From Octopus sinensis (Eukaryota), in the NCBI RefSeq assembly GCF_006345805.1, contig NW_021835203.1, positions 1 to 45,993 of the forward strand: DNA of 45,993 nucleotides, in the 5' to 3' direction. Positions 1 to 10,836 of the stretch are shown here, piece after piece. How positions within the stretch are numbered: the first letter of the stretch is position 1; every line of letters begins with the position of its first letter. The position numbers were made by a program, and so were the translations under genes. The notes under the pieces were generated by a model. That model did no database searches, was not told where the DNA came from, and saw nothing but the letters and a program-made list of their open reading frames with translations.

Positions 1-244
1 TTTAAGTTAGGGAGAGTGTATTTAATTAGTTTAACCAATTCGGGTATCTTATAGTCGTGATTCATATCGAGCCCGTGTGGGTATTAGCGCGCGTCTACGA
101 TGAGTCTACGATTTTTAAAATAATTTAACATAATTTTTTTCCATTTCTTCCAATTTTTTCGTGTGTCAATGGCGGTGGAGTTGGCGTCCGTGCTCACACC
201 TTCACCTGTGTTGCTTCTCCCCCTTCTTCGCTCCCTCGTAAAGT

Positions 245-995
245 GTGACTGCATTCGCAGTCACACTTTCGCACATGCGCAGTCACAGTCACACGTTCGC
301 GATGCGCAATCACACTTTATCGCATGCGCAATCACACGTTAACGCATGCGCAGTCTTACGTTCGCGCATGCGCATTCACACTTTCGCGCATGCGCACACA
401 GACATTCTTGCATGCGCACGCACATTTTCGCGCATGCGCATTCAAACTTTCGCGCATGCGCAGTCACATTTTCGCGCATGCGCATTCACACTTTCGCGCA
501 TGCGCAGTCACACATTCGCACATGCGCACGCCCACGTTCGAGCATGCGCAGTCACACGTTCGCGCATGCGCAGTCACACTTTCGCGCATGCGCAATCACA
601 CGTCCGCGCATGCGTAGTCACACGTTCGCGCATGCTCTGTCACACGTTCGCGCATGCGCAGTCACACTGTCACACATGCGCAGTCACACGTTCGCGCTTC
701 CGCACGCAAACGTTCGCACACGCGCAGTCACACGTTCGCGCATGCGCACGCACACCTTCGCACATGCGCAGTTACAATTTCGCGCATGCGCACGCATAAG
801 TTTGCGCATGCGCAGCCACACGTTAGCGCATGCGCATTCGCACTTTCGAGCATGCGCAGTCACACGTTCGCGCATGCGCACGCACACGTTTTCCCATGCG
901 TAGTCACATGTTCGCGCATGCTCTGTCACACGTTCGCGCATGCTCTGTCACACGTTCGCGCATGCGCAGTCACACTGTCGCACATGCGCAGTCAC
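245..995. repeat. 22-bp minisatellite (~34 units), consensus CGCGCATGCGCAGTCACACGTT
   Basis: The unit is directly visible. The overlapping ORFs repeat with a 22-aa period (3 x 22 bp), confirming the 22-bp period. Each unit contains the palindrome GCGCATGCGC. Confidence 0.95.
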
Positions 996-1944
996 AAAAT
1001 ATATTGTAAATATAAATAGACAAGGAAATAGAAATATAAAATATAAAGTATAATATGTAATTATATCATATCTGACAGCTGTTTCGGCAGTAAGGGCAAT
1101 CATGCCTCATTTAACCCATAAGCCCTAAAGGCAGGTATAAATGAGACATTAACAAGGATGCCCCACGGCCTCCTCAGAGAATTTAATTTATTATAATTCT
1201 GAAAAAAATTTTTTTGCATATACATATAAATATAAAAATGTAAAATATAAAAACTTGTGCATAAACTCCATATTACTACACATATATATATGTACTCATT
1301 GATACAATAATGCAAGATAAGCAAAACAAAATAAAACAAAATATATATCAGTATATTTATAAATATTAATAAGCACAGTTATTTTACATATTTGGCTAAT
1401 AGTTCTAAAAACTAACACCTAGGAAAATATATGCGCACTACTAATGCCTTTACTGTTATGTAATGGTGTAATAAAGTATTGATTGGGTATCATCTGATGG
1501 TTGATGTTTTATTGATTTAAGTATGTTTCTTCCATTTTCTAACTTTGTAGTATTAATTTACGGTAATATTTTTACCTTGCCTATAATACAGTAAATGACT
1601 AATATGCTTGGCAATTTTTAACATCTATGTATTAGTCTTGTTGGGTACCTCTCTAGCAGTATATTGGATATATGTTATCCCATGGTGGGTTGAATTTTCA
1701 ACCTCTATCTCATTTTAAAACCTATATAATATATTATATATATTATAAGAAAATAGTAAGAGTGAAACGACAGAAGGCTGAAATGTTAAAGATATATATA
1801 TTTGGGGCGTCATATGTCTGGAGAATATTGGAAAAAAAATTTTTTCCCTTCTATAATGACATAATTTTATAATTTTTAAAGAAGACCGGTTTTCGCATTT
1901 AGCTCTTCAAATTTCTTGCGACGTAATGTTTATCTTTAATAGCG

Positions 1945-3730
1945 TTGAATAATCCTGGTTTCATTTGATGTAGTCAACTTGTATACCAGTATCTCTCTCT
2001 AATAAACGGCAGTTGTCTGTGCGTGTTTCTGTGTGTCTGTTTTCTCGTACCCTCACCCTGACCACGGCTTCAACCGATTCTGATGAAACTTGACACACAC
2101 ATAGCCCAATGTCATAATTCAAAACTAACGCAGCGAAAATTTTGAAAAGTTCCCCAGTTGAAAAAAATCGATAAATTCGACATGGGGTCGAGAATCAGGA
2201 ATACGAACCACAAAACAGTCTAGGGGACGCAACTCTACCTTTTTTAAATCTCAAAAAAAAAATTACCATAATTTTTTTTTCATTTTTTTGGCTATTTTTT
2301 GGCTAACCTCTCTAAAAATGCTTTATAGTTATTTCCCTTACAAACCTGAGCAACGCCGGCGATACTGCTAGTACCTCATAATTATGGACTGGAGGCAATA
2401 CATTTCTGGTTAGACCAATTCCGAAGAAATACCAAAAGGATCAGAAAGAATTCATTACTAAATCAATTGAATTCATCCTACACAATAACCACTTCAGTTT
2501 GACAATACATTTTACCGTCAAAATCCGGAATTGCTATGGGTACAAGGGCAGCACCAGTCAGCGAACTTAACACTGGGATACATGGAAATAATCATTTACC
2601 AGGAATCTTTATCATCTTGGAAACCCCCTCTCTCAATACATAAAGAGAACTGGAAACGATTCTTGGACGATTGTTTTTATTCTCTGGAATGAAAACACAG
2701 ATAAACTCTTAAAAATTTAAAAACCTATTGAACAGCATAAACCCAATATACAGTTCACAATGGAATACAACCAAAGGAGCTCCCGTTCTTGGATATACTA
2801 ATTAAAAAATTAACCTTAAAATAGAAACAACATTTTCTACAAAGCCACGACGCCAAACAATACCTTCTCTTTAATTCATGCCACCCAAGACACACTAAAC
2901 AAACATCCCCTTCAACCTTGCAAGAAGGATATGCATAATAGTGTCAGAACAAAATACCAGGAACTTCAGACTGCAAGAACTCAAAACACCTTAATTGACA
3001 GACATTACCCAGCTCAACTCATAGAGGATGGGATCAGACGTGCAACAGAAATCAACATAGAAACTTTAAGAAAGTTCAACACAACAACACACACACCTCC
3101 CGAAAATACTACCTTACATATCTACATACAACCCCAGAAACAAAGAAGCTTCACCATCATCACCCAGATTTACCAATACTTCATAAAAACCCCAAATTAA
3201 AGGAAATTCTAAACATACACCAAATCATTAAAAGCTACAAACAGCCTAAATCACTTAAAAAGATTCTCACAAAGGCAAAATTATCTTCTGAAATTACGGA
3301 TGCAAAGTAAAAAAAATGTGGTAGATCGAACTGTGCAACATGTTCCTAACCTATATGAAGGATCAGAATTCTTCTTTAAAGAGGGACAGAAATTCAAGAT
3401 CAAATCTAACTTTACTTGTGCCTCTGAAAACATTTTATGTCATAAATGCTCGGGCTGCCACCAAGACTACGTGGGGTCCACGGACTATCACTCAACGTAG
3501 ATGCACCTGCATCGACAACAATTGCATTCCCAGAATATAGAATGATACCTTTTAGTGAGCACATTGAGAAATGCGCAAAGCAACTACAACCACAATTTTT
3601 AATCTTTCCATTTTACCAATGTGCTTTCGGATCATCAACACAAATTAGACTAAACAAGGAAACATTCTTCATTGAAAAGTACAACCCAGACTCAACTATC
3701 CAAACATAATAATACAGAGAAATTCACACT
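1945..3730 (+). pseudogene. PLE reverse transcriptase + GIY-YIG endonuclease, frameshifted and interrupted by a Helitron
   Basis: Hand translation across frameshifts gives: ILVSFDVVNLYTS|IPHNYGLEAI (RT motif, joined across the insertion), GIAMGTRAAP, WKRFLDDCF (2651-2677, catalytic DD), LPFLDI, SCHP-HTK, CGRSNCATC linker (~3318), YVIKCSGCHQDYVGST (GIY-YIG, ~3436-3482) and KETFFIEKYNP. Confidence 0.9.
1992..2371 (+). mobile_element. Non-autonomous Helitron (~380 bp)
   Basis: Starts TC (1992), ends GAGCAACGCCGGCGATACTG-CTAG (CTAG 2368-2371). It sits between host A (1991) and T (2372) with no target-site duplication, and removing it restores the PLE RT frame (AGT A|TA CCT = S-I-P). Confidence 0.88.
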
Positions 3731-3869
3731 AAGAAAAAAGGGAAAAAAAATGTTTTAAGCGATTATCTCCCTTACACCGGAAGAAATCACGCACTACCTT
3801 CCCTTATTTAGAACTCTCCGTAGCAAAAACAAGATCACGCATATTAAAGATAACACATTACGTCGTCGC

Positions 3870-3907
3870 AAGAAATTTGAAGAGCTAATGCGAAACCGGT
3901 CTTTCTT
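3870..3907 (+). ncRNA. Minimal type I hammerhead ribozyme-like motif in the PLE pseudo-LTR (second copy on minus strand at 1879-1917)
   Basis: AAGAAA-T-TTGAAGA-GC(TAAT)GC-GAAA-CCGGT-C^TTTCTT. It has a CUGANGA-like box (U at position 3, one extra U), a 2-bp stem II, GAAA, a palindromic ACCGGU stem III, a GUC triplet and an AAGAAA/TTTCTT stem I. PLE pLTRs are known to carry such minimal hammerheads. Confidence 0.6.
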
Positions 3908-4074
3908 TAAAATTATAAAATTATGTCATTATCAAGAAGGGAAAAAAAATTTTCCAATATTCTCCAGACATATTGACGCAAATATATATATCTTTAACAT
4001 TTAAGCCTTCTGTCGTTTTTTCACTCTTTACTATTTTCTTATATATTCACCCACGCTTTTCACAAACAAACTTT

Positions 4075-4075
4075 C

Positions 4076-4107
<32 letters not shown>

Positions 4108-4299
4108 ATATATTATATATATATATATATATAAATATATATTTATCAAGATAAAAACATGATGCAAAGGATTTAGCGGTACATATGTTTCGGGCCTTTA
4201 TTACGGTTTATAACAATGCATAATTGTGTAACATTGTGTATATAATAATATATACATATATATTCTAATATTATTATATATATATAAAGTTATACAAAT

Positions 4300-4331
<32 letters not shown>

Positions 4332-4530
4332 AAGTTATACAAATTATATTATATATTTATATAAACTGTATACAAATTATATATATATATAATATATTTA
4401 TATAATGTATACAATTATATATATATTTATATATATATATATATTTATATAATGTATACAAATTATATATGTTATATAATATAATTATATATATATATAT
4501 ATTATATATAGATACACACACACACATATA
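4075..4530. repeat. Compound (TA)n/AT-rich microsatellite ending in (CA)n
   Basis: Directly visible. Confidence 0.9.
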
Positions 4531-7500
4531 GAAATTAACCCAATAAATATCTGATTCATAATATTTGTTGTCATGATTGTGTCGTGGTCGTGGCGATGAT
4601 AATTCTCTCTATGAATGCAGACAGACGTAGAGAGTGAGAGTGTGTGAAAGCGCTGTGGAAGGCAGGGAGGGGGGATAACGGACGCTGTGAAACGATGTTA
4701 TAAAGAGAAAGTGAATGTAAGGGAGTTAGACGCTGTGAGACGACGTTATAGATAGGATGTGAAAGGAAGGGAGAAAAGAGTGAGTGATGGAGGAAGACAG
4801 ATACATAAAAGAATGAGAGTGGGTGATGTTTTGTTTGTTGGACCAATGTATTAAGATAGTATTGTTTTATTGTTTTAAAACGAAAGAGGCAATGTGTTTG
4901 TTTCAAAAATAAAAAAGACAAACGTCCGCCAATGGGAAGACAGTTTATATTCGATTAGAGCACTCTGGGTATAATCTTAAAAGTGAAAAATGGAATTTCG
5001 GTGGCGAATATTGTAGAGGACTCTAAAAAAAGAATTTTTTTAACCTGCAGGAAGATAGTTTAAAACCAAAAAAGCAGAATGTAAACTCACATCTGTAATA
5101 GTGTATGAAATTAGAATTCACACCCTCTCAGTTTTGTAGAAAGAGTATCACGACGTGAACTCATGAGTTGGGAGTTTGACTGAGAGAGTTAATATGGTGA
5201 CACATGCCAGTTCTTTCGACACCACCTAAACAATGGAATAGTGTATAAAATGTAATTAACAACTCATTCACTTTATGAATGTCTTATGTTAGCGAAGAAA
5301 CAATAACTTGACAAAACCGTTTAATGGAGACGTAGAAGGAATCGGAAAATTAGGAATAAAGAGAATGAGTTGGATCAAATGTTTGCAAACATCTGAACCC
5401 AATGTTCTTTATGAACCATGTTCTTTTTAATGTCTTTATTTTCAAGAATGAAGAGATAATGAAGAGGTGCAAAATAAAAAATCAAGCAACATTTCATGAC
5501 TTACAATCAGTTTTCTTTTGTCAGAGCCTCCTGATAAACCACGTTCCTTGTGCACTCATGATTGCCAGAATGAAGAGTTTATGTGGATTTCCAACTCGAG
5601 AACAGGCTACGTACAATTGACCATGACTGAAAACCGGTTGTGACAGGTTAATGCCTACAATGTCCAGTGATTGTCCCTGTGACTTGTTGATTGTCATCGC
5701 GAAGCATAGTTTTATTGGAAATTGAATGCGTTTAAACTGAATGGGAACATCAGAGGGTGAAATACACATTTTATGTATCATCTTGATTGTTCCTACAAAT
5801 GGTCCACTCAAAATTTCAGCAGTTATAACATGGCTTTGAATCCTCCTTATAACCATTCGGGTTCCATTGCATATTTCAGGCGTTTCCATATTTCTGAGCA
5901 CCATGATTGGAGCACCAACTTTCAAACACAAATGATGAGGTGGAAGTCTCGGAGGTGTTAGCTTGTTGAGTAGCTCGGGTGGATATTTGACTGCATCATT
6001 CTCATCTTTATTTGTATCGATGGACATGAAAGAAACTATCGCACCAGGAATCATATCGAGTACTTGTTTATTTGTAGCATCAGCTGTTGTATTATGAGGC
6101 GATAGAGATCCTGGAAGTTGGTTTCGACGTCAGGTAAAACGGCTCTTATAAGTTCTTCTACATTTGGAACGAAATTCCCAAAAGGCAACCGAATATGCTC
6201 ATCATCAACGAAAGGCAAAACTCCATCACCAAGATCTAATAGGTTTTTGCGAAAGCCTCAGACTCCACATCACCATGTAGGTGGACTCTCATGTTTGTTT
6301 GAAGATGGCGACTGATAACACTGTGCCACACATAAGAATGCTTTATACATGCATTAACCTCATCGGCTCTAGTGCCTGCTTGGACAACAGGAAGAGTTTG
6401 TCGAAAATCTCCTGCCATGAGAAACGTAGCTCCACCCATTATTTTTGTATTGTGACGCAAATCTTGGAGAGTTCTGTCAAGAGCCTCAAACATGGCCTTA
6501 TTACTCATTGTCGCCTCATCCCAAATAAAAAGACTGCATTCACGAAGAAGTCTTGCTCTTGAGGAACTACGATCTATATTACGTATAGGATTATCTTTCT
6601 TTCTAATGTCCATGGGCAATTTGAATGCACTATGTACCGTACGGCCGCCTTGAAGCAGTGTCGCTGCAATACCACTTGAGGCACATGCAATGGCAATTCG
6701 ACGTTCAGCGCGCAGCTTTGCGGGAATCGAATTGATAACGAAAGTTTTACCAGTACCACCTGGAGTATTCAAAAAGAAAATCTTTCCTTGGTTCAATCTA
6801 ACGCTGTCAATAATTTCATTATAAATCTCTCTTTGTTCAGGCAAAAGTCTTGGTTTATCTCGCGTAATTGTTTCCGTCAATTCGGCAATGTTGTAGTTTT
6901 TTTCTGATATGTATTCAACATCCAAAGGCGCTTCATGATGGACAGGTGTTGGCAGATGGAATTCACTTAAACCGCGTATAACATAGCGTCTGATGTGTCT
7001 GTCCATGTCGATTAATGCCTCATTATAAACATCGTCGTTGCCATCACGTAGCGCTAATTAGCCTGTATGTCCTTTGATAGGCTCTGTTTGAACGATTCCC
7101 AAAGGTTAAGAGGGTTGCTGGGATTACAGTGGATTAATATGCTACAAAACAATCGACGCATTTGCCATGGCAGTTTACAATTTGAGGCCTCTGCTAATGT
7201 CCTGTGTAAGTGGTCGTCATTGAGAAGAAGTCCGCGCCTCAAACATGCTTCCCTGTAAGTGGCGCAGATGATACCATCAACCGTGCAAAGATCAGCAAAA
7301 GACTTCGGTCCAGTAACTACATGAAGTAGCATTCTGAAAAAGAAGATTTCCTGTTTGGTAGGATGAATATTATACACACGCCCAATGACGTTCTTCCTAG
7401 AAACACCGGGCCAATTGTCAAGTTCTGTTCCATGTGACCTGCGCTTCCAATTATTGTTGTTGTATGTATAATATTCCGGTACTTCAGGGTAAATGAGAGT

Positions 7501-10354
7501 AGCAGCAAACTCATCAACTGAACACAATTTTAAAAATGCTGTAATCGTAGTCCCTTTTGGATTTTCAATGACTTGACGTGCATTTTTCTCTGTGAAGTAA
7601 ATCCTGTGTCTTCTGTAAATGAACATTCAGGGGGAAAACTGATGGTGAGCTTAGATGAATCTCGTATCCAAAAATGCGCCACGCTGCATAATTGGAGGAT
7701 ACATACCTACCCAAAACGAATTGTTTAATTTCGTCATGTCTAAGGTCTTCATCACTGAACACAAACACGGCCATATCATCGCCCTTATTAATGTACTTGC
7801 AGAGGTATTGTATACATCTCACCGAATTGCAGTACTCAACATTAATGTGTGCATTAAATGTTTTGGAAAGCAAAGGGTTGAATGGAACGATCCAGGCATT
7901 ATCAACATCGAATGTTTTTAGCCGTTGTCTAATTCTAGCTGTGCGACCACCCAAACCTGGGTCACGCCTTCGGTAGATGGGATATCCGTCATTCGTAGTG
8001 CAGGTTTGACCGCAATAGTCTCTAGGGTACCGCTTCGAACATCTTTTATTCTTCATGCATGGACTTCTCGGATTAAAGTCACCACATGGACCGTGAATCA
8101 TATGCTTTGTCACACTGCTGTGCAGCTGAGGATCAGCATTTTGATCGGGCAACTCAGCAGATACAATTCTGTCAATATCCACAGGGTGGATTCTATCCTG
8201 ACACCAGGCTAGCATATGAACGTGTGGAAGACCTCTCTTCTGCCATTCCACAGTATACATCCAAGCAGACTGTGGGCCAAAAATATGCAAAACCTTCAGT
8301 AAAAATAGCATTTTCTTCAACTTGGCATGAAAAACGCGCGCCACAATGTCATGTCTGTGCTCTGGCAGCTGCCCAGCGAACACATTCTCTTTAATCTCTG
8401 GCCAGGTAGGATTGCAGGTAAATGTAATGAAGAGATCCGGCTTTCCAAACTTACCGAGGTATGTCATTGCGTCCTGCATTCGTTTATTCATATACCGAGG
8501 TGAGCCAATAAATGTTGAAGGAAGAATAATACGTTTTCCAACGTTGGCTGCATCACCGTCTTGACGCATTGCATCCTCTAGATTAACGTATTCTGTTGCT
8601 CTTAATTGGTCCTGGTGAGAACGAATGTATTTTAAACGTTCGGACTCAACTTTACAATACATGTCGACCAAAAACTGATTGGTCAAAGAATGGCACCTTA
8701 GTAATAATTGAAATCGTTTTCTCGCACCATGAGTCGATAGGCGTAAAATGCCTTGCAGGAAACCTTCTTGTCAAGAAGTGTGAGAATTGTGGGATCAACC
8801 TTTTGAATTTCTAAGTGGTATCCATCCTCTCCATGAGGAAAAAGGAGAGGGTACTGCAAGCAATCGTAACATCGGTGTAATTCTGAAACAAAAGTCACGT
8901 CTTCGTCGCGGTGACGGAGGATTATGTCACGATTTCCATGGACCTCATCGACCATGAGTGCTGCAACTTCATTCGTAGTTGGAGCGTTGAAACGACCAGG
9001 GTGCTCACCGGCAGGAGTTTTGTCGGCATGTATCACCAATTTTAAATGAGGTTGAGAATCCAACGTATCCATTGCATTTTTGAACTCACGAACATAAGGA
9101 TGAGTCTGGTGGAGCATCATCTGAAGTACTTCAATAACACGCTGCTCAAGTTTTGGATTATTTTTTTTTCCTGATAGCAAGTTCCTCATCGTGACCACCA
9201 ACAAAGAAAACCTGCATGAATGTAGGCTCTTTACCAGGCATCGGCCGAAGACTTCCCATTTGATGGTAGCACTGTCCATGAATTTTGTATGTGTAAAAAT
9301 GTTCATACTTCTCTGAATGATAATTAGGCTTTGTAGAATGTCTGTCGACATGGGGGTTTTCGAGTACTGTTTTCGCAACAGCTCTTGAAGGTCCAGGGAC
9401 ATTGAGGTTTTCCGTTATTGTTGTTGTAACAGTCCATGAAGGTCCGGGGACACTGAGATTTTCAGTTGTTGTCGAAGCAACAGTTGAAGGTCGTGGCATA
9501 TTTTTTTTTGTTTTTTTTTTAAACCTGGTATGCTCGTTGTTCGAAAGCATGTCATTGAGAAGCACGAATTAAACCTATGAATTCTTTCACGAAAATGCTT
9601 TGCACCGTCAGATGGACTTGTAAGCAATTCTAGAAGAACCTGAGGTGGATCAGGTAACGGTGGGAGTCGGACTTTTCCTTGAGAGCAGCAAAGACCGGGA
9701 ACATCGAAATCCCACTTTTTGGCCCCACAGGAGGAACAAATTTTGTCCATCTTTCCGATGGTCACTTTGTTGTTGTTGGCATAGTTTTTAGCAGGATCGT
9801 AGGTGAAGGCGGCCCTGTACCAGAACTCGTCCCTCTTTGCAGCCTTGTTTTGCTTGAGTTTTCGTCGTGCTATAGACCGTGTAACTTGTGTCTGTTCTCT
9901 GCAGTCTGATTGCGGTTTCTTTTTGTTGTGCTTGAATGCGGTCAGTAGCGAGACGTGCCTCCCCTTCATCATGTGTGTCAGCAAGTCTCGCCATTCGGAG
10001 GACGGGAAAATGAAATATTTTGCAATGTAAACATGATTTGTTTAAGAGAAAGATTGTCATGATTGTGTGTTGGTGTGGTGGTGGTGGCGATGATAATTAT
10101 CATTAGGAAAAAGAGTGAGTGAGTGAGGAAGACATATACATAAGTTGTGGCGATGATAATTCTAGACCCTTTTCACATTTTGATGAAGAGAACCCGATTT
10201 CATTCGGGTCTACTGGGGCCACATATAGGTGTGTGTGTGTGTGTGTGTGCACGCTGTAGAAATTAAATAGAGATAAACCACTAATAGGCAAATGAAACAG
10301 TAAAAAACCAAAAACAAAAACATAAAAATAAAAATAATATTAATATATTATATA

Positions 10355-10393
<39 letters not shown>

Positions 10394-10795
10394 TGTGTGT
10401 GTGTGTTGACAGGTAGACAATAGAATGCGATGGCGATGGAATATTTGTTTCTGTCTATGAACGCAGACAGATACATGAGTAAAATGTATGGGAAGCTAAG
10501 AGATAGAGTGAGTGAAAATGTTCTTGGAAGAGAGGAAATAGCGAGAGAGTGATTTGAGGAAGACTTTACATAAATAACGGGAGTGGACTTGTCAAATGAA
10601 GGGGAGTGAGAGGGTGAATGGAGGAATAGCGTGAGTGAGGAAGATGGCCCATAGCAACCACACCTTTTAAGCTAGGGATTTCTAAGGTAGCCCACGGGCA
10701 TCGTCACCTCATTCTACATGTCCCTGTAAATTTTGGAGCGAATCGGACCGGACGTAGTGGCATTGAAGCGAACCAAGCGGTAAAAACGCATTTCA

Positions 10796-10810
<15 letters not shown>
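4530..10810 (-). mobile_element. Autonomous-type Helitron; 5' end near the (TA)n tract at ~10800, 3' CTRR terminus not found
   Basis: Contains the RepHel coding region. The minus strand at ~10810 reads (TA)nTAAAACTGAAATGCG..., resembling a Helitron TCTATATATAAAA 5' end. No CTAG plus hairpin is seen downstream of the helicase stop, so boundaries are approximate. Confidence 0.8.
5507..9994 (-). pseudogene. Helitron RepHel (Zn-finger region, HUH Rep, PIF1-family SF1B helicase), ~1,400-1,500 aa if frameshifts are repaired
   Basis: N-terminal region: AFTYDP...IGKMDKICSSCGAKKW...CCSQGKVRLP, KIHGQCYHQMGSL, FNAPTTNEVAALMV. Rep motifs: GKPDLFITFTCNPTWPEI, VEWQKRGLPHVHML, YLCKYINKG. Helicase motifs: PGGTGKTF, ASSGIAATLLQGGRTVHSAFKLP, FIWDEATM, AGDFRQTLPV, QFPIKLCFAMTINKSQGQSL, HGQLYVACSRV. 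Spread over ORFs 9788-10060, 9415-9984, 9158-9565, 8698-9402, 7565-8686, 7054-7626, 6236-7006 and 5521-6054. The repaired frame ends ..TRNVVYQEALTKEN* at TGA 5507-5509. Confidence 0.95.

Positions 10811-10829
<19 letters not shown>

Positions 10830-10836
<7 letters not shown>

Larger units (their letters stand above)
1744..4045 (+). mobile_element. Penelope-like retroelement (PLE), 5'-truncated, with an inverted pseudo-LTR copy at its 5' end
   Basis: 1744-1941 is the reverse complement of 3842-4045 (~200 bp, differing mostly by small indels). Between them lie RT and GIY-YIG coding remnants. Confidence 0.9.

Noticed and set aside
245-995. CRISPR-like array
   Set aside because: Units are contiguous 22-mers with no unique spacers and no cas genes, in eukaryotic context. 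The same applies to the array at 15550-16070.
245-1019. Overlapping 85-185-aa His/Ala/Arg-rich ORFs
   Set aside because: They are translations of the 22-bp minisatellite, open in several frames on both strands.
5521-7006. Host PIF1 helicase gene
   Set aside because: The helicase is contiguous with an HUH Rep and a Helitron N-terminal region, so it is the Helitron RepHel.
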